From Escherichia phage JM10: 64,000 bases of DNA. The notes below the pieces were generated by a model. The model worked only from the letters and a program-made list of their open reading frames with translations, was not told where the DNA came from and searched no databases. The position numbers and the translations under genes are program-made. The stretch lies in sequence record PP400777, one strand, 5' to 3'. This document shows positions 31,992-41,139 of this stretch, piece after piece. The stretch's first letter is position 1; every line of letters begins with the position of its first letter.

Positions 31992-33810
31992 AGGACATCC
32001 ATTCTTTACGAAGTTCTGAATCATCACCCATCAACATTTCAAAGAGTTCTTTCCAATTTTCAGGAAGTTTAACTACGTCGTACACAGGGTTCTGAATCAT
32101 TTCACGATATTCTGACTTTTCAAGGGAGCCCAATCCCTTGATGTATCGAATACTATGCTTAGGCAGTGTATCTTTAACTTCTTCATACTCAGCTACAGTA
32201 TAAAACCATTTTTGAGTTTTGCCAATTTGTGCAATAATTACAGGCGTTTTAACAAAGCGAATACGTCCTTGTTCGAACAATTCAGGCCAATTACTAAAGA
32301 AAGCAAGCAAAGCCGGATAAATACTTCCAAGACCGTCATGATCGGCATCGGTCATAATTGCAATATTACGATAGTTCGTATTCTCTGCCTTTTCACCAAG
32401 AATAAGACCTGTGATAGCACAGATATCAAAGAGCTCTTTGTTCTTCATCATATCAGCATATGACATACCCCAGCTATTCATCACCTTACCACGTAACGGG
32501 AATCCGCCGTGTAGTTCACGGTCACGAACATCAATGAGATAACCAATTGCAGAATCACCTTCTGTTAAGAACAATGTCGTATCTGCATCTTTACCACATT
32601 GGTTAGCTTTAATATGCTTATGAACCTTAGCTTTAGTTGCCTTTTTAGCTGCTTTAGTTTCTGCAGCCTTTTCTGCCGCCAATTTACGAGCTAATGCTGC
32701 TTCAATTATAGGCATTAAAACTGCTTCAGAATTCAAAATATTTTTTGCCAATTTTTTTGTATCTAATTTAATATGCGTCCGAATTTCGCCATAAGGACTT
32801 GTTAAACGCTCTTTTGTTTGGGAATCAAAACGAAGGTTCTTCATTCCACGAACGAACATTAAGAGAGTGAGACATTCCTTGATGCGCGCTTTAGTCACGT
32901 CGATTTTATATTTGCGTTTAATAGCCGGAATTAATTCTTCGCAAATGTCGTCCATCACACATTCAATGTGATGACCACCGTTTTTGGTATGGATGTTATT
33001 CACATAAGTTAAATGACGGAAGCCATCTGGTGACCGTCCAATGGCAATAGAGCATCCGTCTTGTTCTTGAATGATGGTCTCTTCATCAAATTGTTTAGCA
33101 AACTTCTTAAAGTTACCTTGAATCTTTTTGCCATTAAATTTAAATTCAATACCAGGATAAACAACCGCCAATGTTTGGAGACGGTCTATAGTAATATCTT
33201 GGTATATTTTTTCAAATTGATTCATTTCAAAATGTGAGAAATCAGGAATAAACTCGACCTTAGTACCGTTGTTTTTAGACGGCTTAGATTTCCAAGAAAT
33301 ATTATCAGCGTTATTAGAACAATTAACGGTCAATTCATTTTTACCATCTGAAGTAGTGCCAACAAAAGAGACAGAAAAAATATTTGTTAATGAAGAACCG
33401 ACACCGTTTTGTCCACCCGTAACACGTTCTTTGTCGTCACCAAAGTTGCCACCGGCTTTTGTACGTGTCCACGCCGCAACTGGTCCTGGAATTTCTTCTC
33501 CTTCAGGAGTAATAACTGTTTCTTGAGGAATACCTCGACCATTATCTTCAACAGTCACTTTATTAGAATTTAAATCAATACTAACGGAAATTTTATTAGC
33601 ATATTTGAAATTGGTTCGAATAGCTTCGTCTACTGAGTTGTCAATAATTTCATCAATTAATTTGAGAACACCTGCAACATATTTAACCTTTTTAAATTCA
33701 CCGAATAGGAAACGTTCTTGTTCTTCATTGGCAACACTTCCAATATACATGCCAGGACGCTTCAAACAATGCTCTTTATCAGATAGCATTTCAATTTTAT
33801 TATCAATCAT
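31990..33810 (-). CDS. 39: DNA topoisomerase II large subunit, uninterrupted gp39+gp60 fusion (GyrB-like)
   Basis: Start taken at ATG (MIDNKIEMLSDKEHCLKRPGMYIGS; the listed ORF begins 5 codons earlier at a TTG); about 606 aa, i.e. includes the segment that T4 encodes separately as gene 60. Confidence 0.88.
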   Translation of the reverse strand: MIDNKIEMLSDKEHCLKRPGMYIGSVANEEQERFLFGEFKKVKYVAGVLKLIDEIIDNSVDEAIRTNFKYANKISVSIDLNSNKVTVEDNGRGIPQETVITPEGEEIPGPVAAWTRTKAGGNFGDDKERVTGGQNGVGSSLTNIFSVSFVGTTSDGKNELTVNCSNNADNISWKSKPSKNNGTKVEFIPDFSHFEMNQFEKIYQDITIDRLQTLAVVYPGIEFKFNGKKIQGNFKKFAKQFDEETIIQEQDGCSIAIGRSPDGFRHLTYVNNIHTKNGGHHIECVMDDICEELIPAIKRKYKIDVTKARIKECLTLLMFVRGMKNLRFDSQTKERLTSPYGEIRTHIKLDTKKLAKNILNSEAVLMPIIEAALARKLAAEKAAETKAAKKATKAKVHKHIKANQCGKDADTTLFLTEGDSAIGYLIDVRDRELHGGFPLRGKVMNSWGMSYADMMKNKELFDICAITGLILGEKAENTNYRNIAIMTDADHDGLGSIYPALLAFFSNWPELFEQGRIRFVKTPVIIAQIGKTQKWFYTVAEYEEVKDTLPKHSIRYIKGLGSLEKSEYREMIQNPVYDVVKLPENWKELFEMLMGDDSELRKEWMS

Positions 33811-34486
33811 TAGATTTTCTCTCAAATTGCATGACTATATTTTTGTATGAACCTTCCGGAAATCCACGTTTAATGCTTTCTTTAGCAAATTTCCCAACCT
33901 TTGGTTTATCCAATTCTAACCATAATTTATATAAAGCAGATTCATATTCCCATACAGGACTTTTACGATTTTTAAGCCCACACTTTATAAGTGCTTCCTT
34001 TGTATGTTTCTTATTATAAAATGGATTGTTTTTGCCACTCATTGCTTTAGAATGTTCCGGGCGCTTAATTCCATACATCGGATTAAGATCGCCTTTCTTG
34101 ATAACGGATTGTAGTTCAATAGTTTCTTCAGAGTGATTGTGTCCATAAAATGGATTTAACTCTTTTGAAACATCCATACCAAAGCACCCATCGACTGTGG
34201 CATAAGACATGTTGAAAAATTTTTCAGATTTAACCACATTATGCAATTTCTGGTAATACAACTCACAAAACGTCGCTTCTTCCCGTGTATCAAATTCGCC
34301 AATAATACATGAATCAAATAAATGAGGATTATCTTTTATCTCTTTATCATAAATTTGTTTATATTTTTTCGACTTTACCGTACCATGATAGTGATTGTTT
34401 GTATGTTTATCAAGATAAGTAGACCCTATATAAAACGGTGGCAACTTATCGCCTGTGTATATTGTTAAGTATGTTATGTATTTCAT
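33803..34486 (-). CDS. GIY-YIG family homing endonuclease-like protein with NUMOD3 repeats (seg-like)
   Basis: N-terminal YITYLTIYTGDKLPPFYIGS (GIY-YIG-like) and repeated NPFYGHNHSEET / NPMYGIKRPEHSKAMSGKNNPFYNKKHTKEA NUMOD3-type motifs. Confidence 0.65.
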   Translation of the reverse strand: MKYITYLTIYTGDKLPPFYIGSTYLDKHTNNHYHGTVKSKKYKQIYDKEIKDNPHLFDSCIIGEFDTREEATFCELYYQKLHNVVKSEKFFNMSYATVDGCFGMDVSKELNPFYGHNHSEETIELQSVIKKGDLNPMYGIKRPEHSKAMSGKNNPFYNKKHTKEALIKCGLKNRKSPVWEYESALYKLWLELDKPKVGKFAKESIKRGFPEGSYKNIVMQFERKSND

Positions 34487-34513
34487 AAAGGTATTCTATC
34501 ATCCGAAATCTAA

Positions 34514-34535
34514 AGCAAAAAGGGCCGAAGCCCTT
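34514..34535 (-). terminator. Terminator-like hairpin
   Basis: AAGGGC-UUCG-GCCCUU followed by UUUUGCUUU on the minus-strand transcript, overlapping the stop of the 141-aa ORF. Confidence 0.6.
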
Positions 34536-34959
34536 ATTTAAATTTAATTTTCTGAAGTGCATCAATTGCAGCCAAACGTCCTTGTTCACTTTTAACTGTA
34601 ATGACCACATCGCCTGATACGATCACCGAACCATCAACAAATTCTATAGAGCCTTTTTTGAAATCGACAGCTGTATCTGGTTCCTGAACTTCTTCAAAGA
34701 ATTTAAATTCTGCACCATAAAGCAGAATATCACCTTGCATACTATGAATAGTTCGGCCATAATCGCCTACGGCTTCTACAGCAATAACCGAAACACCGTA
34801 ACCAATCATCTCTTCCACAATAAAATCTTTGGACAATAAAGTAGTATGCAGATTAGTATTAAGACGTTTACCAGTCGTATTAAGAATTCTCAAGAAATTA
34901 TCTTCCTGTCCTTTGATAATACGATATTTCTTACCAACTTCAAAACCTTTAAAAGCCAT
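34534..34959 (-). CDS. Hypothetical protein (141 aa)
   Basis: ORF upstream of the seg-like gene; position and size are compatible with T4 goF but I cannot confirm. Confidence 0.5.
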   Translation of the reverse strand: MAFKGFEVGKKYRIIKGQEDNFLRILNTTGKRLNTNLHTTLLSKDFIVEEMIGYGVSVIAVEAVGDYGRTIHSMQGDILLYGAEFKFFEEVQEPDTAVDFKKGSIEFVDGSVIVSGDVVITVKSEQGRLAAIDALQKIKFK

Positions 34960-34961
34960 AA

Positions 34962-35141
34962 TTAACCCTTCTTAAGTAAGTCGTAAAAACCACCATTCAC
35001 ATGTTTAGGAGCAGAAACCCGACGAGTAGACAGATGATGACATTCAGGGCAAACATCGTTTTCTCGTTCAGAAATTCTTTTAATTTTTTCATATTCATGA
35101 CCACAATCTTCAGATTGACATTTATAGTCGTATAACGGCAT
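34962..35141 (-). CDS. Small zinc-ribbon protein (59 aa), not in ORF track
   Basis: [59 protein letters not shown]: C-x4-C ... C-x2-C zinc ribbon (FmdB-like); start overlaps upstream stop (TAATG). Confidence 0.55.
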   Translation of the reverse strand: MPLYDYKCQSEDCGHEYEKIKRISERENDVCPECHHLSTRRVSAPKHVNGGFYDLLKKG

Positions 35142-35554
35142 TATTGTTCCTTAAAATGTGCTTTCAACATTTGATACAAAGACCATGCCTGGTCGTTATT
35201 TTCGATAGTAATTGTCATCACCGGAAATTCAGACAATTCGTCAAGTTCACCAGAATCTTGCTCTTCGGACGCTTGATACGGATTTCCCACTTCGTCAAAG
35301 AACTCTGCTTCATTCGTGGAGAGCCAGATAAAGTTTTCATCAAGAATATCACCGCCTGTTGCGTATCCAACCGTGCCAGTAGATGTCACAATTTTAGTAG
35401 GACGACCAAGATGGTCAACATCTAATACTTTAAATGGTTCCATGCCAAGACGTCGTGCATAAATCCCATTATCAGTGTGGCCTTTAATAAACTCTTCTTG
35501 GGCACGTTTATCTTTAAATTGGTACCATGAGTTAACGCGGAATTTATTAGCCAT
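35141..35554 (-). CDS. Hypothetical acidic protein
   Basis: Listed 143-aa ORF trimmed to the ATG overlapping the upstream stop. Confidence 0.45.
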   Translation of the reverse strand: MANKFRVNSWYQFKDKRAQEEFIKGHTDNGIYARRLGMEPFKVLDVDHLGRPTKIVTSTGTVGYATGGDILDENFIWLSTNEAEFFDEVGNPYQASEEQDSGELDELSEFPVMTITIENNDQAWSLYQMLKAHFKEQ

Positions 35555-35781
35555 TAGTAAGTTTCCTTCCAATAAGTTGTACCGTTTTCAGTGATTTCAC
35601 GGAAGATACCATAGATAGGCATTTCATCACCGAGTTTTTCGTAAACGTAAACCACTTCAGTGTAGCATAAAAATTCAGTCCAGTTTTTCTGTACAACAAC
35701 TAAATCAGGATTAAACAGAACATCTTCAAACTCATCGATGTTTGAATCAGTAGTTACGTTTTTAATGATTTGACGTTTCAT
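35554..35781 (-). CDS. Hypothetical small protein (about 75 aa)
   Basis: Listed ORF N-terminus runs through the promoter/hairpin; trimmed to the ATG preceded by AAGAGGAG. Confidence 0.45.
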   Translation of the reverse strand: MKRQIIKNVTTDSNIDEFEDVLFNPDLVVVQKNWTEFLCYTEVVYVYEKLGDEMPIYGIFREITENGTTYWKETY

Positions 35782-35838
35782 AATATTCTCCTCTTGTTTT
35801 GATATGTCTATAGTATCATAGACCATAGTTGTTGTACA

Positions 35839-36363
35839 TCATTTTAGCAAAATAAAATCAACTTGTTCCGCCAATGAACGTCTGAACATTAATTGACAAC
35901 TTCCGAGGATGAAATCAGGTGCTTCATAGACCGCGATGTAGTATCCTTTAGCTTTCAAGAGTTCAACATCCACCTGGTCATCAAACCATGCATAAACCGC
36001 GTCAACACTTTCAAATCCAAAATAGAACCCTTTAGCCCAATCTTCACTCAATTCAAATGTGTGCTCAATTCTATAGTATCTTAAGATATTTTGTTCAAGG
36101 AGTTTGTCTTCATTTACTGTAGGACGATTAGGGACATTATAGTTGTCGCCGTGATGGTAGAAGTTACCTGAGAGTATTCCATGCTTATCAAGGAACTCCC
36201 ATGTTTCTTCAGAGTTGTCGGTGCCCGACCAACCGTATGGCGAACGAGGTTCTTTATTCCAAGAGGTTTCCCAAATTCTGACGGCTTTACCATCTTCGAT
36301 AGCAATTCCTGGTAATGATTCACGTTGAGTACAAAAACTACGTTCTACGCGGTAAACTAACAT
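35839..36363 (-). CDS. Hypothetical protein (174 aa)
   Basis: ORF with GGAGAA Shine-Dalgarno and early promoter cassette upstream. Confidence 0.5.
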   Translation of the reverse strand: MLVYRVERSFCTQRESLPGIAIEDGKAVRIWETSWNKEPRSPYGWSGTDNSEETWEFLDKHGILSGNFYHHGDNYNVPNRPTVNEDKLLEQNILRYYRIEHTFELSEDWAKGFYFGFESVDAVYAWFDDQVDVELLKAKGYYIAVYEAPDFILGSCQLMFRRSLAEQVDFILLK

Positions 36364-36418
36364 ATTATTCTCCTCTGGTTGATATAGTTATATTACCAAA
36401 ACCAGAGGAGAAGTAAAC
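36364..36418 (-). promoter_or_regulatory. Early promoter with anti-Shine-Dalgarno inverted repeat
   Basis: Minus strand GTTTAC-UUCUCCUCUGGUUUUGG-TAATAT..AACCAGAGGAG..ATG: the 11-nt arm CUCCUCUGGUU in the spacer is complementary to AACCAGAGGAG containing the SD. Confidence 0.6.
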
Positions 36419-36422
36419 AACT

Positions 36423-36842
36423 TTATGCGAAAGCAGCTGGGCTATATTTTTTAATTTGGAATTCAGGAACTACCATGAACTGTCCAGCGAAAACGATGTT
36501 ATAAAGCTTAACACCATCTTCTACCCAACGGTCGCTAATAAATCCAGCGATTTGCTTAGTTTTCCACGGTGTTCCATCAGTTGCCGCAGCAATAGTGAAT
36601 TCATGGTCTTTTTCAACAGAAACTGATCTGCATAGTCCCCATTTGAACGCTTTTTCTTCTGGTTCAATGAACTGGCTTGAGACGTAGCCAATATTACCAT
36701 TAGCATCACGAACTTTAACTTGGTTATGACCAAAAACCGGATCACTCACAGAAAGAACTTCAACCAACTTACCGGCAACTTTAGAGCGAGAAGCAACAGA
36801 TACATATACGTAATCACCTGTAGAGAGATTTACAATATTCAT
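36423..36842 (-). CDS. Paralog family member 1 (139 aa), unknown function
   Basis: Shares C-terminal motif ...SDRWVEDGVKLYNIVFAGQFMVVPE with the next two genes. Confidence 0.55.
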   Translation of the reverse strand: MNIVNLSTGDYVYVSVASRSKVAGKLVEVLSVSDPVFGHNQVKVRDANGNIGYVSSQFIEPEEKAFKWGLCRSVSVEKDHEFTIAAATDGTPWKTKQIAGFISDRWVEDGVKLYNIVFAGQFMVVPEFQIKKYSPAAFA

Positions 36843-36851
36843 AATAATTCC

Positions 36852-37307
36852 TTAAGCTTTACGAGGAGACACATAGCGAGTGATTTCAGATTCTTTAACA
36901 ACTCGGAAGTCACCTAAGAATACGATATTGTATAACTTTTCACCATCTTCAACCCATTGGTCACTAATGAAGCCACACATAGTATCAGTTTTGCTTGGAT
37001 AGCCGTATTCATCGATGAAGTCAAATTCTTTATCAGTCTGGAATTCAACACCTTTACACAAGGCCCATTTGAACTGTACATTAGGCTCAGTAGAAGCAAA
37101 AGCACCACTCACACGAGTTTCCAGGAATTTAGGACTTACGTAAGCGTACTGAGTATCCTGATGTCCAAAACTAGGAATGATTCGAACTTTAACTTCTTTA
37201 ATACGTCCCATGCCATTAGTACGAAGTCCTACTACTTCAACCAGCTTTCCTGCAGCTTTAGAACGAGACGCTGTCGATACACGTTTAATTTCACCAATAT
37301 TAATCAT
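36852..37307 (-). CDS. Paralog family member 2 (about 151 aa), unknown function
   Basis: ...FISDQWVEDGEKLYNIVFLGDFRVVKE; listed N-terminal 21 codons overlap the promoter repeat and were trimmed. Confidence 0.55.
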   Translation of the reverse strand: MINIGEIKRVSTASRSKAAGKLVEVVGLRTNGMGRIKEVKVRIIPSFGHQDTQYAYVSPKFLETRVSGAFASTEPNVQFKWALCKGVEFQTDKEFDFIDEYGYPSKTDTMCGFISDQWVEDGEKLYNIVFLGDFRVVKESEITRYVSPRKA

Positions 37308-37337
37308 ATTTTTTCTCTCTTTGTTTAAGTTGAATTC

Positions 37338-37368
37338 ATTATACTCCATCCATCCTTGGATGTAAAAC
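37338..37368 (-). promoter_or_regulatory. Conserved 30-nt early promoter repeat (copy 1)
   Basis: Plus ATTATACTCCATCCATCCTTGGATGTAAAAC = minus GTTTTACATCCAAGGATGGATGGAGTATAAT (-35 / -10). Confidence 0.6.
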
Positions 37369-37369
37369 A

Positions 37370-37864
37370 TTAATTAAGAATATTAACTACTGCACTACGT
37401 GGAACAACACTAAAATCACCAGCATGAACAACGTTAATAAGTTCAACACCATCTTCAATCCACTGATCAGTTACCCATCCACTCACTGGACCTGCGAACG
37501 GACGTCGAATTGAAACAGCTTTACACAACAAATCAGTAGGCTCAATAGGCTTAATCAGAGTACCGTACATACAAGCGATATCCATATCAATACAGATGTC
37601 TTTAACGGGTTCTACTTCTTCAATAAACAGTTCAAAGTCGGTGCTTGGAAGGGCGGTAGTAGAAATTGTACCGTATGAATTTTTAATTTCTAAGAATAAC
37701 CAAGGGCCTTCCGTTTGTTTGATGAAGTTAACAATAGTGAAACTATTACCTTGAGTGGCACCTAAAATTTCACAAAACTTTTCATAAGCTCGCACTGAAG
37801 CACCGTACCAGTTGATTTGTTTTTCGTCTTTCAGGATGTAAGTAGCCGTAGTATTGATATTCAT
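37370..37864 (-). CDS. Paralog family member 3 (about 164 aa), unknown function
   Basis: ...VTDQWIEDGVELINVVHAGDFSVVPRSAV; listed N-terminus starts at a TTG within the promoter; trimmed to ATG (MNINTTATY). Confidence 0.55.
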   Translation of the reverse strand: MNINTTATYILKDEKQINWYGASVRAYEKFCEILGATQGNSFTIVNFIKQTEGPWLFLEIKNSYGTISTTALPSTDFELFIEEVEPVKDICIDMDIACMYGTLIKPIEPTDLLCKAVSIRRPFAGPVSGWVTDQWIEDGVELINVVHAGDFSVVPRSAVVNILN

Positions 37865-37894
37865 AATGTTTTCCTGTTTGGTTAAGATAGAAAG

Positions 37895-37924
37895 ATTATA
37901 CTCCAACCATCCTTGGATGTAAAC
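37895..37924 (-). promoter_or_regulatory. Conserved 30-nt early promoter repeat (copy 2)
   Basis: Plus ATTATACTCCAACCATCCTTGGATGTAAAC = minus GTTTACATCCAAGGATGGTTGGAGTATAAT; abuts the dexA stop. Confidence 0.6.
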
Positions 37925-37929
37925 TGGTT

Positions 37930-38607
37930 TTATCGCTGTTTTACACTTAACGGGTCAGGATTCTCAGGGACATCTTCAAGGCCAAGCGCATAACGCTGAG
38001 CATATTTTAACATCAAAATATCTTTAGCACAATCATGAATACTATCATGGGCAACGAATCCTTTTAGCGTACCCATCGGTAATGGACACATACTTAATCC
38101 TCGTGTCAACGAGTAAGCTTCGATTGCCGTACGAATATCGCGTTGAGCCCAGAATTTAACCGGTTCTAATTTATCAGTATCAATCTCTGGTTCAAGAACA
38201 CCTTCATCACGATAGAGGTCACGAATCAAATCGACCAATATTGGGAAGTCAAAGCTCATACCACGGCACCACATCTGTGATTTCCATTGGTCAACTTTAT
38301 TAGCTCGGCAATAGTCTAAAAAGATTTTAATGCCTTCAAGCGTAGTGACATCATCTTCAGACGGAGCCAGGTTTTTACGCGCTTCAGCCGATTGTTCTTT
38401 CCACCATTTCATAGTGGATTTAGCGAAAACTCGCTTCCCTTTCTGAGAAGCTAAATTAAATTTAATTCGCTTACCTCGTTGAACAAGTTCTTCAAATGAT
38501 TCAACAACTTCAGGGTCGGAATTATATGCAATAACCGCAAGGTCAATAACAGCCGCTTTTGATGTATTGCCGAATGTTTCAAAATCTATAATAACATCAG
38601 TGCTCAT
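37930..38607 (-). CDS. dexA: Exonuclease A (DEDD 3'-5' exonuclease)
   Basis: MSTDVIIDFETFGNTSKAAVIDLAVIAY... DEDDh-type motifs; 225 aa; adjacent to dda. Confidence 0.8.
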   Translation of the reverse strand: MSTDVIIDFETFGNTSKAAVIDLAVIAYNSDPEVVESFEELVQRGKRIKFNLASQKGKRVFAKSTMKWWKEQSAEARKNLAPSEDDVTTLEGIKIFLDYCRANKVDQWKSQMWCRGMSFDFPILVDLIRDLYRDEGVLEPEIDTDKLEPVKFWAQRDIRTAIEAYSLTRGLSMCPLPMGTLKGFVAHDSIHDCAKDILMLKYAQRYALGLEDVPENPDPLSVKQR

Positions 38608-38616
38608 AATTTTCTC

Positions 38617-39930
38617 TCAAATAAAATGGACGTCAAACCGACCACGAGTTGTGCCGACATACAATAACTGTTTAGCTAATTCTGAATCGGCATAATGGAT
38701 ACACGGCGTATAAACAAAGGCCGTGTCAACAGACATACCCTGGGCCTTATGGAAGGTTGATACTGGTAGTGCCTTCACCTTAGTGAACATACGTTTAGCA
38801 TCCCAGAATTCGCTCCATGGAGCTTTACCACCTTTATTCCAGAATTTGTATGTTTCTGCGGTCTTAGCCAAAAACAAATTGAATTTATAAAGCTCTTCTT
38901 CAGAAGAAATAACCTTTATATCTTCGCGGATGTATTCTTCATCATCCCCGTATGTTTCTACTGTAAGATTCCAGTATCGTATCATATATTCGCCTGAAAC
39001 ACCGCGTGCTTTAACGAATGTAGACGTTTCTACAGCGTCTCGAATACGAACGAATTGCCCGTTATTGAAAAGCATTTCGGTCATATTTTTACCATCTAGC
39101 TTATATGTCTTAGTAAATGGCTCTTGTAGAACAATGACCTCGTCTTTAATAAATGGTTTTTCTGTTTCAAGAAGTTTTCGGCGAATAATTGAATTTAACT
39201 TGTCCACCGACTTATTTGTGAATGCCATCATTCGATTTTCGAAAAGGTCTTCAGGAGTTTTAACGATGTTAAAATAGTTCATCATATACGATTTAAGGTC
39301 TGTATATCCGTGAACACCGTGTCCATCAACTACTTTATCGTAAATCCATTTGCCATTACGAATATCAGTCGCAACATCAATAATTGGTGCATTGCTACGT
39401 TTAACTTCTGTAAGGTCGCATTGCACAAAGTCTTTGTGAGTGAAGAAAGGACTTAGATACGCAGTTGATTCGCCTGGGTCTACCGGACGAATCTGGCATC
39501 GGTCGCCGATTCCAATTACTGTACACCATTTAGGGATACTAGCTAACATTATTTTAAACAGAGAACGGTCGCACATTGACGCTTCATCAAATAACAGTAC
39601 ACGACACAAGGCTAAGTCGGGAACCTTTTTCTGTTCAAACAATACGTTTTCTTCGTATGTAGTTGGGTTGATTTTAAGAATGCTATGAATAGTCGATGCT
39701 TCTTGACCCGCAAGTTTGCTTAGAACCTTTTTAGCAGCATGTGTAGGGGCTGCTAAAATAATACCTGATTCTCCGGCAGAAATAAGAGCTTCAACGATGA
39801 ATCTAGTAAGGGTTGTTTTACCTGTACCAGCGGGCCCATTAATAGTTACGTGATGTTTCTTTTCTTTAATAGCGTTCATAACAACGTTGAAGGCGTTTTT
39901 CTGGCCTTCAGTCAAATCATCAAATGTCAT
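38617..39930 (-). CDS. dda: Dda DNA helicase (SF1B)
   Basis: Walker A INGPAGTGKTT, helicase motifs; 437 aa. Confidence 0.9.
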   Translation of the reverse strand: MTFDDLTEGQKNAFNVVMNAIKEKKHHVTINGPAGTGKTTLTRFIVEALISAGESGIILAAPTHAAKKVLSKLAGQEASTIHSILKINPTTYEENVLFEQKKVPDLALCRVLLFDEASMCDRSLFKIMLASIPKWCTVIGIGDRCQIRPVDPGESTAYLSPFFTHKDFVQCDLTEVKRSNAPIIDVATDIRNGKWIYDKVVDGHGVHGYTDLKSYMMNYFNIVKTPEDLFENRMMAFTNKSVDKLNSIIRRKLLETEKPFIKDEVIVLQEPFTKTYKLDGKNMTEMLFNNGQFVRIRDAVETSTFVKARGVSGEYMIRYWNLTVETYGDDEEYIREDIKVISSEEELYKFNLFLAKTAETYKFWNKGGKAPWSEFWDAKRMFTKVKALPVSTFHKAQGMSVDTAFVYTPCIHYADSELAKQLLYVGTTRGRFDVHFI

Positions 39931-40238
39931 CGTAAAGTCCCTGCAATTGGAATACTAACAATACGGCCTGTGTCCAGAATTCGTTGATACAATCTTTGCG
40001 TCTCCGCATCTAGTTTAATGTGTTTCATTTCAAGCTTATTAAACCAGAACTTACGCGGAGTTTCGACCATTCTTAGAACTCCCATTTTTAAATCTGTTTT
40101 ATACTGCGTTTTCAAAGTATCGAAAACTTTATCTGCAATATCCTTTCTAAAAAATACTGCAGGACGATGCTCATCAAGTGGAACCGGGACAGTAAATCCT
40201 TCCATATCTCGATAAACTATTGCATATACATAAACCAT
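39927..40238 (-). CDS. Hypothetical protein (103 aa, dda.1 position)
   Basis: ORF overlapping the dda start by 4 nt. Confidence 0.5.
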   Translation of the reverse strand: MVYVYAIVYRDMEGFTVPVPLDEHRPAVFFRKDIADKVFDTLKTQYKTDLKMGVLRMVETPRKFWFNKLEMKHIKLDAETQRLYQRILDTGRIVSIPIAGTLR

Positions 40239-40240
40239 AA

Positions 40241-40987
40241 TTAACCTTTAATCAGTTGGAATAATGATGCGCTAAGTGGTAAGCCACGTTTCAATTTTAA
40301 TTTACCAATGAAACCAATCTTTTCAAAACGTTGCAGACCTTGGATAACTTTATCATATGTATCGAAAAGCGATTCAGCGTCAGTTAATTTAGTTTTAGTT
40401 TTCCAGTCAGAGCCTTTAAGAAGAACGTTGAGTTTAGTAAGTTCATGGCCTTCTGCTTGATGTGAGCCATTAATGCGTGCTTTCAAAGCAACAATTCTAA
40501 GTTTAGATTCGTTAGATAAAGGTTGATTTTTCATCATGTTCGCCATATGCTTAACACGATTTTCACGTTTTGCTCGGATTTTTAAAATAGTACCATAAAC
40601 ATTTTTAATTTGGGCCCATTTCTTCTCGTCGAGATTAAGTTTCTCTACTTTACGGGCAGAAGGATTAGCGATACGTCTTGCAATGGCATCACGTTTCACA
40701 ATAAGTTCTTCTAATGTTAAATCAGAACGAGCCGTGTTATATTTTTTCTTAACTGGGATAACATTACCTTTAATGTAGCCTATATCGTTATTAAAACGTT
40801 CTAAGGATAATTTCTCACCTTCAACAGAGTTATTGAAAGATTCGCCTGAGTAAGCGCAGACCTTTTGATCAAGAATGTTTTTAAGGTAATTAAAGTCTAA
40901 GTTAAAATCCTTAGAGCGTCTCTTCGCAGAAGCTCTGGTGTGGTCAAGACGACGATTGATTTTGTTAATTTTATTATTTGATAACAT
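40241..40987 (-). CDS. Hypothetical basic protein (248 aa; T4 srd position)
   Basis: K/R-rich ORF; assignment as Srd is positional only. Confidence 0.45.
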   Translation of the reverse strand: MLSNNKINKINRRLDHTRASAKRRSKDFNLDFNYLKNILDQKVCAYSGESFNNSVEGEKLSLERFNNDIGYIKGNVIPVKKKYNTARSDLTLEELIVKRDAIARRIANPSARKVEKLNLDEKKWAQIKNVYGTILKIRAKRENRVKHMANMMKNQPLSNESKLRIVALKARINGSHQAEGHELTKLNVLLKGSDWKTKTKLTDAESLFDTYDKVIQGLQRFEKIGFIGKLKLKRGLPLSASLFQLIKG

Positions 40988-41139
40988 AATATTTTCCTCT
41001 GTCTTACGGACGTTAGGTCATTTAGCTGATAAGCTTATAGTATCATGCCCTCAGGTAGTGTACACTCTTTTTTCATAAAATGCTTTAATTTTTTATGTGT
41101 TATAATGGTTCTGAGTTCCATCCGGTTATTCCAATTCAG

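Noticed and set aside
37307-37906. N-terminal extensions of listed ORFs (e.g. MFYIQGWMEYNEF..., MEYNLSILTKQEN..., MRENLMIDNK...)
   Set aside because: The extensions run through promoter -35/-10 elements or begin at TTG; the likely starts are the downstream ATG codons with Shine-Dalgarno sequences, so I trimmed them
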